Positions 28,930 to 40,400 of a DNA stretch of 64,000 bases are shown here, in pieces. The DNA comes from Desulfobacterales bacterium. GTDB lineage: Bacteria > Desulfobacterota > Desulfobacteria > Desulfobacterales > UBA5852. Where the stretch lies: NCBI GenBank assembly GCA_963674755.2, contig CAXXVS010000002.1, positions 1,120,001-1,184,000 of the forward strand. Direction: 5' to 3'. Made by a program: the position numbers and the translations under genes. Every line of letters begins with the position of its first letter. Within the stretch, counting starts at the first letter, position 1. The notes below the pieces were generated by a model. It was not told the origin of the DNA. It did no database searches and worked only from the letters and a program-made list of their open reading frames with translations.

Positions 28930-29883
28930 ATGACACATGACAAGCAAGCATCAACGGTTTTTCTAACGGTCGCCCTGCCGGCCATTCAATGGGACTGTAC
29001 TGAAATGAAGATACCCCCCAAAGCCATTGTTCCCCTCAATGACTTGATTGATCAGGTCAATCGATCCAACATTTCAACCATTGGCAGTGTCGTCGCACGG
29101 ATTATCGCCGTCATCAACAATCCCGATGCAACCGCCAAAGAACTCGTCGAGATCATTCTGACCGATCCGCCCCTGGCTGCCAATGTTCTGCGACTGGTGA
29201 ATTCCGCCTATTGCGCTCCCAAAAATAAAATTGCCGATATTCAACAGGCGGTGATTTTTATCGGTTTTGAAGCCCTTAAAGAGCTTGCCTTGAATCAGAA
29301 AGTTTGTGAAATTTTTAAGCGAAACCAGAACATTAACGGCTATTCCCGCGCCCGACTGTGGAAACACAGTGTGGCGGTTGCTCTGTTCAGCAAAATGATC
29401 TATAGACGAGAATTCGCACAAAGAGGTGAAAACGCTTACGCGGTAGGGCTATTGCATGATTTGGGCATCATCATCGAAGACCAGTTTCAGAACGAAATCC
29501 TGACCCATATTCTTGAAACAGCTTCCACCAGAGATATCGCCCTTGTCAGCGCCGAACGGGAAGTGCTGGGGTATGATCATGCCCAGATCGGTATGGCACT
29601 GGCGGAAAACTGGAAGTTACCGGCAGAGATTACCATGGGTATCGGATACCACCACAATCCAGAGCAGGCACCGGATGCTTGCGTGCCGTTCACCCGCGTA
29701 ATCCATATTGCCAATGCGAGCTGCCAGAAAAACGATATCGGCTATTGCGATGCAACCCAGCAGGATGAGGGTCTGTTCAACCAGTGCCGGCAAGCACTCA
29801 ACCTCGAACCTCACGCCCTCGACTTGATCATGCAGGAAGTCCAACAAAAGCTCACTGAAATGGAAGCCGAAGGCGTACTATAG
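28930..29883 (+). CDS. HDOD domain protein
   Basis: DPPLAANVLRLVNSAY, LWKHS, GLLHDLG, HAQIG..LAENWKLP. Start may be 29005. Confidence 0.9.
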   Translation: MTHDKQASTVFLTVALPAIQWDCTEMKIPPKAIVPLNDLIDQVNRSNISTIGSVVARIIAVINNPDATAKELVEIILTDPPLAANVLRLVNSAYCAPKNKIADIQQAVIFIGFEALKELALNQKVCEIFKRNQNINGYSRARLWKHSVAVALFSKMIYRREFAQRGENAYAVGLLHDLGIIIEDQFQNEILTHILETASTRDIALVSAEREVLGYDHAQIGMALAENWKLPAEITMGIGYHHNPEQAPDACVPFTRVIHIANASCQKNDIGYCDATQQDEGLFNQCRQALNLEPHALDLIMQEVQQKLTEMEAEGVL

Positions 29884-29893
29884 ACGCGCACTC

Positions 29894-31642
29894 ATGGAAC
29901 CGTCCCATTCATCAGAAGAAGATAGGATCAGGCCGCTAGAAACCAAAATCCGTCATCTGCAAAACGAACTCGATCTGACCCAGACGGAATATCAAAACCT
30001 GATCGATAATTATTTCAACATCTTCTCCAACATGGAAAAGATGGTCGAAGAGCGTACGCGTGAGTTAAATCAAGTCAAGTCACAACTGGAGGTCAAGACC
30101 CGCGAACTCCAGATTATGCTCGATGCGTCGCCGGCCCTGATTTTTTACAAAGACACCCGGGGCCGCTATATCCGTGCCAACCGCAAATTTTCCGATTTTC
30201 TGGATATTCCCATTACCGAGATCATTGGGAAAACTCATCACGATCTCCTTCCCGACAGCAATGAGCCCATCTTTTTAAACGACGAAGACGTTCTCTCATC
30301 CGGTCAGCCGATCCTGGGCCAATACAGCCATGTCAATACGCCGGCTGGCCGCAAGCCCATGATAATCGACAAAATTCCGAATAAGGATGCAAGGGGCAAT
30401 GTCATCGGCATCATCGGCTTTGCCACGGATATGTCCGAGCAGGAAAGAGCCCAGAAAGAGAAGCTCGAATTACAGGAGCGATTGGCCCGCTCCCAGAAAA
30501 TGGAATCCATCGGACTGCTGGCAGGCGGCGTGGCCCATGATCTCAACAATGTCCTGACCGGCTTTGTCAGCTATCCGGAATACCTCCTCATGGAACTTCC
30601 GGAAAACAGTCCGTTGCGCGATCCCATTTTGACCATCCAGGAGTCCGGGAAGAAAGCCGCCGCCATTGTGCAAGACCTGCTGACCCTTGCCCGCCGCGGC
30701 GTTACCCATACCGAGGTGCTCAACCTCAATGAGATCGTTACCAGCTATGTCGCATCTCCCGAACATCAGCGAATGGCATCCGATACCAGCCGCGTGCGCC
30801 TGGAGATGCGTTTGGGGGGCGATCTGCTCAACATCAAGGGCTCAGGCGTCCACCTGCGTAAAACCATCATGAATCTGGTGTTCAATGCCTTTGAGTCCCA
30901 GTCGGACGAAGGCCAGGGCCAGGTCGTCATCCGAACTTTCAACCGCTACGTCGACAAGTCATTGAAGGGCTATGACAACGTCCAAGAGGGCGACTACGCC
31001 GTTCTGGAAGTCCAGGATCACGGGATCGGGATAGCGGCTGAAGACTTGAACCGCATCTTCGAGCCCTTCTATACCCGCAAGGCGATGGGACGCAGTGGGA
31101 CCGGTTTGGGGATGGCGGTGGTCTGGGGAACGGTTCAAGACCACAAGGGCTACATCGACGTGGAGAGTATTGTTGGGGAGGGCAGCGTTTTTCGGCTCTA
31201 TTTCCCGGCCACCCGCGAAGCGGCCAGCTGCGGGGCCGATCCGATCCCCATTCAGGCCTACATGGGGCGCGGCGAGCGCATCCTTGTCGTCGACGATATC
31301 AAGGAACAGCGCGAAATCGCCACGAGCCTGCTGGGACGGTTGAATTACAAGGTCGAAAGCGTGGCCAGCGGCCTGGACGCCCTTGAATACCTCAAGCGCA
31401 AAACGTCTGATCTGGTGATCCTGGATATGATCATGGAACCGGGCATCGACGGCCTGGAAACCTACCGCCGTATTCTATCCATACGGCCGAAGCAGCGCGC
31501 CATCATCGCCAGCGGCTATTCGGAAACCCAGCGTGTGCACGAAGCCCAGCGGCTCGGTGCGGGCACCTACGTGCGCAAACCTTACATGCTCGAAACAATC
31601 GGCTTGGCTGTGCGCCGGGAGTTGGATCGACCGGCGGCTTAG
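29894..31642 (+). CDS. PAS-domain hybrid sensor histidine kinase/response regulator
   Basis: PAS (IFYKDTRGRY), H-box GVAHDLNN, GTGLG, receiver LVVDD...ILDMIM...KP. Confidence 0.93.
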   Translation: MEPSHSSEEDRIRPLETKIRHLQNELDLTQTEYQNLIDNYFNIFSNMEKMVEERTRELNQVKSQLEVKTRELQIMLDASPALIFYKDTRGRYIRANRKFSDFLDIPITEIIGKTHHDLLPDSNEPIFLNDEDVLSSGQPILGQYSHVNTPAGRKPMIIDKIPNKDARGNVIGIIGFATDMSEQERAQKEKLELQERLARSQKMESIGLLAGGVAHDLNNVLTGFVSYPEYLLMELPENSPLRDPILTIQESGKKAAAIVQDLLTLARRGVTHTEVLNLNEIVTSYVASPEHQRMASDTSRVRLEMRLGGDLLNIKGSGVHLRKTIMNLVFNAFESQSDEGQGQVVIRTFNRYVDKSLKGYDNVQEGDYAVLEVQDHGIGIAAEDLNRIFEPFYTRKAMGRSGTGLGMAVVWGTVQDHKGYIDVESIVGEGSVFRLYFPATREAASCGADPIPIQAYMGRGERILVVDDIKEQREIATSLLGRLNYKVESVASGLDALEYLKRKTSDLVILDMIMEPGIDGLETYRRILSIRPKQRAIIASGYSETQRVHEAQRLGAGTYVRKPYMLETIGLAVRRELDRPAA

Positions 31643-31734
31643 CCTCGACGAATGGTGTGTTCAGATTTGGATGGGGGGCACGTCAGTGCCCCCCTTGTAG
31701 ATTGGATGAGTGCGGATATTTGTTTGCCAATCAA

Positions 31735-32130
31735 TCACCGTGCGCCGCTTACGGCCACCGCCACGCTGAAAACCTGATCGATTATCGAGACCGCCACGTT
31801 GAAATTGCCATCATCATAACGCTCATCACTGCTGTAGTGATGGTAGACGTGCTTTTCAACCACCGGCCTTTTGCGGTCGTAGTCCCGGCGGTGATCCTGC
31901 CCCTGATGCCGATATTCCCGGCGCTGTTGGTAGCGGTTCCGGTGGGGGTTGCCCTTGCCCTTTTCCCAGCCGTAATGGTTCCCTGGAGGGGTTTTGTAGG
32001 TCTGATGATAAGCCTTGTCATTCCCCCGGTTTTTACCGCCCTTGCCGTGTCCGTCCGCCCAGGCGTTGCTGCCGAGTGCCAACGTAAGTCCAACCAGTGC
32101 GATGCCAATCATTATGAGCTTGCGTGTCAT
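31735..32130 (-). CDS. Small secreted His/Arg/Gly-rich hypothetical protein
   Basis: RBS AAGGAG; signal peptide MTRKLIMIGIALVGLTLALGSNAWA; PPGNHYGWEKGKGNPH. Confidence 0.7.
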   Translation of the reverse strand: MTRKLIMIGIALVGLTLALGSNAWADGHGKGGKNRGNDKAYHQTYKTPPGNHYGWEKGKGNPHRNRYQQRREYRHQGQDHRRDYDRKRPVVEKHVYHHYSSDERYDDGNFNVAVSIIDQVFSVAVAVSGAR

Positions 32131-32454
32131 GGCGATCTCCTTCGTTTTGGTTTGAGGACAATGCCGTATGGCCTGTTTGACGGGTATGACGAGGGTGCTC
32201 ACTAAAAAGTCTACATTTTGAAGGGGAGGAGCTTGACGGGGGAGATTCAGGCTTTTCTGTCCAAGTTTGTCGATGATGCCGAGGAAGCCTTCGATGAAGC
32301 GCTGGTCGTCTTGCGGGATGTCGAGTCGTAAGACATCGCGTATGATGACGAGAACTACGAGGATGATTAGAGGCCAGGCCTATGGGGTGCTGCTAAATGG
32401 CCATAAAACCGATCAATCGGAGCACCTTCTGCCACTGGGGTCAGGGAAATAAAA

Positions 32455-32484
32455 AAGGGAATCAAGCTTAACACCTTGATTCCC
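32455..32484 (-). terminator. Terminator hairpin downstream of tRNA-Arg
   Basis: GGGAATCAAG...CTTGATTCCC stem followed by a T-run on the minus strand. Confidence 0.65.
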
Positions 32485-32497
32485 CTACTCTTCTTTG

Positions 32498-32575
<78 letters not shown>

Positions 32576-32853
32576 AATGGGCTGTTGTTCAAACGAGGTG
32601 CTTCATAAGCCAATCCCTGGTTGATGTCAACGAATAATTGGGCAACGGCCGGATCGAGCTACCCCAGTTGCGGCCGGCCTAGGGTTTGAAGTCGTGCTGC
32701 GCTGTCTGGTATCCCCATCGTTGAGCCACCCCGGAAAAATCAATTCAATCGGGCGAAAACACTTTTTTGAGATAACTTCTATTCAACGGTTCTTGCCTCC
32801 GGGCGCCAAATCCTCTATGAAGCTTTGGTTTGCCATTATTTACAGGGAGAACC

Positions 32854-34675
<1,822 letters not shown>

Positions 34676-34676
<1 letters not shown>

Positions 34677-34752
34677 ATGCTGGTTTCTGGATACTGGATG
34701 CTGGGGACTGGATGCTGGATACTTGATGCTGGATGTTGGATTCTTGACGCCG
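34676..34752 (+). repeat. Degenerate 7-bp tandem repeat (consensus GATGCTG) x11
   Basis: gatgctg|gtttctg|gatactg|gatgctg|gggactg|gatgctg|gatactt|gatgctg|gatgttg|gattctt|gacgccg. Confidence 0.9.
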
Positions 34753-34834
34753 GGTCAAAAGCCTTTTTGCCCAAAGCCAAACGGAAAAATTGATTGACAT
34801 TTTAGGAGGTCTTTACTAATCAAGTCAGTCTTGT

Positions 34835-34911
34835 CGGGAAGTGGCTCAGCCTGGTAGAGCACAGCGTTCGGGACGCTGGGGTCGCTGGTTCAAATCCAGT
34901 CTTCCCGACCA
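34835..34911 (+). tRNA. tRNA-Pro(CGG); probable prophage attachment site
   Basis: CGGGAAGTGGCTCAG...CAGCG TT-CGG-GA CGCTG...GGTTCAAATCC...CCCGACCA. Confidence 0.97.
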
Positions 34912-34924
34912 AATTAAAACAAGT

Positions 34925-34965
34925 ACTTAGGGCGCCTTTCAAAAAGAGGGCGCCCTAAGTTTTTG
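34925..34965 (+). terminator. Terminator after tRNA-Pro
   Basis: ACTTAGGGCGCC...GGCGCCCTAAGT followed by TTTTT. Confidence 0.8.
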
Positions 34966-35052
34966 GTAACTTGGTTACCAATAGTTAGCTTGTCTAACTA
35001 ATATCGACCGCACTGTCTTCAAGACCACCTGCCCGGGCACCGATTCACCAAT

Positions 35053-35081
35053 AAAAAAGGGCGGGGAAAATTCCCGCCCTT
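35053..35081 (-). terminator. Terminator of the phage late transcript
   Basis: AAGGGCGGG...CCCGCCCTT stem with a T-run on the minus strand, just after the holin stop. Confidence 0.75.
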
Positions 35082-35110
35082 CCTCAAATTAAACCCTGTT
35101 TTACCGGCTG

Positions 35111-35533
35111 CTAACTCCGGACTTTGCTCTTCAAAATGTCGACCAAACCTGAATTTTTCAGAGCGCGTTCACCGAACCAAAAAGCAAGGACAATGATATT
35201 GATCGCCTTCAGCATCGCGATCGCTTCCGGTGCCCAGGTCGACGTTTGCCCGGTGAAAAACAAAAAGTCGAACCAGCCGACCAGGATCGTGAACGCCGGC
35301 CGGATCATGGCTCGCAAAATGACGATAAGGCGCGGGACGTCTTTCGCGGCGCCTTCGTATTGCACGACAAAATCTCGGAAAGCGCTTGATTCGGATCGCG
35401 CTTCCTTCGCGATGAACATTTCCATATTTTGTTTGAGTTCGGCCTGGTCTTTTTCCGACATCTTGTCGCGGACGAATTTATCAAGACCCGTGTTAACCAG
35501 GTCGAAGACCGCCGAAACCGGATCAAACGCCAT
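35111..35533 (-). CDS. Putative holin (3TM-holin-like)
   Basis: LDKFV, LRAMIRP, two hydrophobic helices, FWFGER.L.K C-terminal motif; end of late operon. Confidence 0.75.
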   Translation of the reverse strand: MAFDPVSAVFDLVNTGLDKFVRDKMSEKDQAELKQNMEMFIAKEARSESSAFRDFVVQYEGAAKDVPRLIVILRAMIRPAFTILVGWFDFLFFTGQTSTWAPEAIAMLKAINIIVLAFWFGERALKNSGLVDILKSKVRS

Positions 35534-35566
35534 GATGATTACCCCCCTCCCCTTCCGCCCCAGGTA

Positions 35567-35764
35567 TTAAACTCCCCTGGTGGCCTTTTTTAGCGCATAC
35601 GCCCTTGCCCGCGCCTTCGCCTTCAGCTCTTCGAATTCGGCCCGGATCGTGTCGTCAACGTTAAAAGCTTTTTCCAAATGCTTTTGATTGTTGCGCGCGA
35701 TAAAATAGGTAACGATCGCGCCGATAAGACCCCCGATGAAAAACACCATGACCAGCTCGAACAT
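35567..35764 (-). CDS. Small membrane-anchored phage protein
   Basis: N-terminal TM helix and charged tail; RBS GGGGA. Confidence 0.6.
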   Translation of the reverse strand: MFELVMVFFIGGLIGAIVTYFIARNNQKHLEKAFNVDDTIRAEFEELKAKARARAYALKKATRGV

Positions 35765-35781
35765 GACCTTCCCCCTTCCGT

Positions 35782-36207
35782 TTAAGAGTGGCAGTAAGGG
35801 CCGACATCGAACGATGTGATCAAGAGCGATGATTCGGCCGCGTTGTTCATTCTTTCGAGAAATAGACGGAATGCGGCGCTTGAAGACAATACGGCGCGTC
35901 GATCGATGCGACCGATCGACATGCCGGGCGCGATGCAGCCCTTTAAATCCGCGATGGTATTCCCGACGTGGAAAAGGATGCCGTTTCTTCCGGGTACGTC
36001 TTCAACCTGGTAGGTCGGGCCAAACTTTTCCGTGCCGAACCACGTTGCACGCTGCCGGACGGTATAGAGCCCGGGTGGAATACAGGAAATGCCGTTTTGA
36101 TTGCTGCGCCATGGCAATTCGAGTGAAAAGCAGATGATTTCCCCAGCGACGGAAAGAACGCCGAAGGTGCCGTCTTCCGTGTGTTCATGCCTGAAAATCT
36201 GAATCAT
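35782..36207 (-). CDS. DUF5675-like protein, putative endolysin
   Basis: GTFGVL, SLELPW, SCIPPG.Y, VPGR.GILFHVGN, GCIAPG; lysis-module position. Confidence 0.75.
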   Translation of the reverse strand: MIQIFRHEHTEDGTFGVLSVAGEIICFSLELPWRSNQNGISCIPPGLYTVRQRATWFGTEKFGPTYQVEDVPGRNGILFHVGNTIADLKGCIAPGMSIGRIDRRAVLSSSAAFRLFLERMNNAAESSLLITSFDVGPYCHS

Positions 36208-36653
36208 TTCTTTAGAAGCCTTTCTATCCGATCGTTCAGCAGCGCTGCATTCGTGTTGAGTTGATTGATCGAATGGTTGAGATCCGCGAACTTCTGGTCG
36301 CCGTCTTCCAATCGCTTGATCAGCGATGAAACCCGCTCTTCCATACGCGCCATGTCCGGCTTGATGTCCGTCACGACCTTTTCAACGGAACTGATCCGCT
36401 TCAAATGTTCGCCGCAACGATCCGGGTCCCATTTCCTGCGGTCCATGACCGGCCCGGCCGGTGTTTCGATTGTCGCCCGGCCGCGCTCTTCTTTTTTCGC
36501 TTTGTAGAAATCAAAACCGATTTTGCCCGATATCGCTGACACCTGGAGCGTCAAAAAAGCCATGACAAGGCGCAGCCAGGCCGGCAATTCCCCGCCTTGG
36601 GTCAGACATTCGCGCACAACCGCTTCAATTGCTTTGGTGGTTTCCGGGTCCAT
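36204..36653 (-). CDS. Phage membrane/coiled-coil protein (lysis module)
   Basis: One TM segment followed by a heptad-rich C-terminus. Confidence 0.55.
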   Translation of the reverse strand: MDPETTKAIEAVVRECLTQGGELPAWLRLVMAFLTLQVSAISGKIGFDFYKAKKEERGRATIETPAGPVMDRRKWDPDRCGEHLKRISSVEKVVTDIKPDMARMEERVSSLIKRLEDGDQKFADLNHSINQLNTNAALLNDRIERLLKK

Positions 36654-36670
36654 AAGTAAAATCGTCCTCT

Positions 36671-37471
36671 TTAACTTAGGCTGATAGCGCAGCCGCCGGC
36701 CGGGATCCGCACGACATCGCCCGACGCCGGCGACGCCTCATCGATGCCGGTATCGTAAAACAGCAGATTGCCGGCCGCCGCCGCGTCCGCGATCGCCATC
36801 GCGGTCAGGATCCCCCAGGTGCCGGTGGGCGTGTTGAAATTGACGACAGCCAGGTTGTCGACCAGCCCGGCGGCCGCCAGCCCCCAGGAAGGCGAGGCCC
36901 CGCCATTCGGATTGACGAGCGCGCGTGCATAGCCATTGCCCGGTTCGGTGATCGTGTACCCGGTATCCGCGTCGGATACTTCCGCTGTGCAAAGCGCCAG
37001 ATAGATTGCCGGCGATGCAAAGGCCTGGTTGCGGAACATGAAATCAAGCAGGGCATTGGCCAGATAGTCGGAAAAGCCCCCCGCGTTGAAACCAATCGCC
37101 ACTTCGCCGGCCGCAACACTCGGGTTGTTGCCCGTGACCACGTTTTTCGCCAGGACCAGCGATCCATGGGCCAACATGTTGCCCGCGGACAGCGCGTCGA
37201 ACAGTGCCCAATGGCTGACCAGACCCCAGGGTGCGGTTACCGTGTCGAACTGTACCAGTGCGCTTTGCTCTATTGCGCGACCGGCCGCCGCGTCGAAAGC
37301 GATCGCCTTGCGCGCATATCCGCCCCCCGACGGTTCGGCCAGACCGGCGCCGGTGTCCAAAGGATCGGCCGTCGACAAGCCCAAGTAGACCGTTGCCGGC
37401 GGCGTGTAGGTCACTCCGTTTAGGATGTGATCCAGAAGTTTGTTTTCGGCGAAATCGCTGATGCTTCCCAT
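36671..37471 (-). CDS. Phage tail-associated structural protein (two tandem homologous domains)
   Basis: Internal duplication SDFAENKLLDH...YARKA...WG.V / SDYLANALLDF...YARAL...WG.L. Confidence 0.7.
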   Translation of the reverse strand: MGSISDFAENKLLDHILNGVTYTPPATVYLGLSTADPLDTGAGLAEPSGGGYARKAIAFDAAAGRAIEQSALVQFDTVTAPWGLVSHWALFDALSAGNMLAHGSLVLAKNVVTGNNPSVAAGEVAIGFNAGGFSDYLANALLDFMFRNQAFASPAIYLALCTAEVSDADTGYTITEPGNGYARALVNPNGGASPSWGLAAAGLVDNLAVVNFNTPTGTWGILTAMAIADAAAAGNLLFYDTGIDEASPASGDVVRIPAGGCAISLS

Positions 37472-37484
37472 TTGAATTTCTCCC

Positions 37485-40400
37485 CTATGAGGCTTTCATG
37501 ATGAAGACCACGGTCCGGTGTGAGGGTTGCCAGGCATGACCGTTTAGCGTGCCATTATGGGTATGGATGAAGTCGGCATCCGTATGCCGCATGGCGATTC
37601 GTTGATTGGCCGGCATGGATGCCGTTTCGTTTTCGTGATCATGGACGCCGAAACCGTGGGTCGTGGAAATGCTGATATCGATCGTATGGTCGCCCGTCCC
37701 GGAAATATTCTCGTTACCTGTGGCAACGATTTCGATGAAACAATCCCGCAAGTCCGGTGTCCCGCTGGTGCCGTCGCAGATCAACCAGCCGCCGGGCGGC
37801 GTCCAGGATTCCCACATGCCGATCATGCCGGCGCTGGGTGCGAAGGCGGCCGATGCATTCGACCAGGCGGACAACAGTTTGCGCTTTAAATCCGGCGTCA
37901 CATTGACCGTAATTCCGGTGGGTGTGTGCTCACCATCATAGGTGAACCATTCCACCGTGTAGACAATGGTCCGATGATCGGCATCGACAAAGGTTGTGTG
38001 GGCATGGAATCCGCCTTCAGTCAGGTCGGCAGTCGGGCTGTTACCCCCGCCGTTTGCAGGCCCGCCGGCGTTGTTTATCCTCAAGTTGCGACCGGCCATG
38101 TTGATAAGATTGGTCAAGCCCGACAAGTTCCCGGTGGAAAGAACAACCGCATTAATGGGAATTTCTTCTTGGTCGGCGGTCGCCTGAATAAACGGGAAGC
38201 TTCCGTAGGGAGGTGTATAGTTGAAGGTTTCCAGAGTATGCGTATGACCGCCGGCAGCCACTGGTGGTGAACAACAGGGGTTCATGGCCACGCCGCCCAC
38301 ATCTTTGGGAACATAGAATGTCCCGCCGACAGCAAGATGCTCTCCGGCTTCGGAAAGCTCCAAGTAGGGAGAGGCGGCGGCCGCTCCGCCGGTATCCACA
38401 ACGGGATCGGCGCTGGTGGGCGCACCTTTCAGGAAATTGGCTTCGGATCCGCCCAACCATAGGGTCCAGCTGGCGGGCAGACTGGCCGGGTTTCCGTTAA
38501 AGGGCAGAATGAGGCCGGCGGGTACGGGAGAGCTTGCGCCGCCAAGGTCAATGGCCGTGGTCTGGGTAACGCCGGCAATCGTTGCGGTGGGTTCTACGAG
38601 GTTGAATACATCTATCGCCGTGGTCAACGTAGCGCCGCTCAGGGCGGCAGTAATCGAAAATTCGATTGCAAAATCGATTGCCGTAGTTTGGGTAGCGACG
38701 GCCATGGATGCGGATAGCTCCAGGGTCGCACCCACGTTAAGAACTTCAATCGTGCTGGTTTGGGTAGTCCCCTCCAGCGCGGCCGTCAGTTCGTTCAGTA
38801 GTACAAGCACCGCCGCCGTTGTGTCGGTTCCGGACGTCATGACCACCGTCAAATCGAAGTCGAGCACAAGGACGGCCGGCGCAGTTTCCGTATCAACCAC
38901 CATGGACGCGGCCAAATCGAATTGCGAAGCAGCAAAAACCGCCTTGATATGGATCGCGGCGGCCACATCGACCATGTCCATGATCCGGAAGTGATCGATT
39001 TGTGGCTTGATGAGGCGCAGCAAGGCTTTGTCCAGGGCGTCGCCTGATGAGAAATCGAAATTGATAACGTCGCCCCGCTCCAGATCGCTGCCTGAATAGC
39101 CGCAATCCATTTCAACGATGATACGCGGGAAGGCTTGTTCCTTTAGCCGCAAAGACAAAACGTCCAGGGCTTGCTGTTCGTCGATAATGAACGGAAAAGA
39201 AAGTTGACTGCCTTCCAACGTCCCGAATTTAGAAATGCTGGCCGCGTTTTCCGCTACAACAATCGCACGGTTCGCCTCGATGCTATCGCCATGCCCGGAC
39301 CACTCTCGGCCAAATAGTCCCGTTTTTCGGTTAACGATATCAACCCGTGGCGTAAAATGAAGGCGGCCTTGCCCCTGGTCGATGCGATCGGCGGTCAATG
39401 TTTTGGCGGCCGTTATGTCGCCGCCGATCGGAACCATTTCATGCGTCCCAGCCCCCCAAAATTCCATAGAACAGGCTTGAACCGCGATTTGGTTCAACAG
39501 TTCGCGAACGTTCGGCCGCTCCAAAACCGCAACGCCCAGGCGATAGCCATTGGCAGCGAAAAACGCGCCGGCGGCCGCATAGCTTGCTCCGATCGCATCG
39601 TTTGACAGGCCGCAACGGTCCAAAAGAATATGCTTGCAAATATGGTCCGGCCTTTCAATGAGCCCGAAAGGCGTGCCGGTATAGGTTCCCAGATCATCGT
39701 CCTGCCATCCCCTGATATCGACGGACACTTCGCTACCGATAACAACATCGGCGCCCGAATTCCCGGACAGAACAACGGTTCCAAGCTTCGATGCCGCGCC
39801 AAGCTTTGCAACCCCTGTCGCTTCCGAGGAATCAACCCGGTATTCGACGTCAAGCCACAACGCACAGCACATCATATGGGACAGGATGCTGTAACCCTGA
39901 ACCTTAAAATATCCGTTATTTATTTCGGACCAAGTAACACCTGAACAACTTTCCCAGGAGGTGACAACATTTGTTATCGTATGTTGCCCGGTTTTGACCG
40001 TTACGCGACTAACAATCGTTCCGTCGCTGGCCCGAAAAGAACCATAGATCGTCCCTTCGGTCACGCCTTCCGGCCAATAATAAACGATACCCAACCGCCA
40101 GCGGTATGGCGTCCCGCCAGGATTTTTCCAACCACAAAAGTCAAACGTCGCGACCGTGCTATCATAAATAAAGGCCATGGTATCCGGTACAAATCCTAAA
40201 ACCCGTTCCATATAATCACCATAGGTTCCGGGAGTTGTTTTTGACCGGATTGATTCGGGGTTTAAGGTGATATAGGCAAGATCACCGTGTTTGTGCGATC
40301 CTTGGTTGACATCTATCGTATCTTCGACTTCGATTTGATCTTCAATATTGATTTGTTTGGTAAGCGACGGCATCGTATTGAAGGCGATAACGGCGCGGCC

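Noticed and set aside
32200..32490. Remnant mobile element at the tRNA-Arg 3' end (IHF-like AATCAAGGTGTTA, short open frame)
   Set aside because: No integrase or duplicated tRNA end in the window; evidence insufficient.
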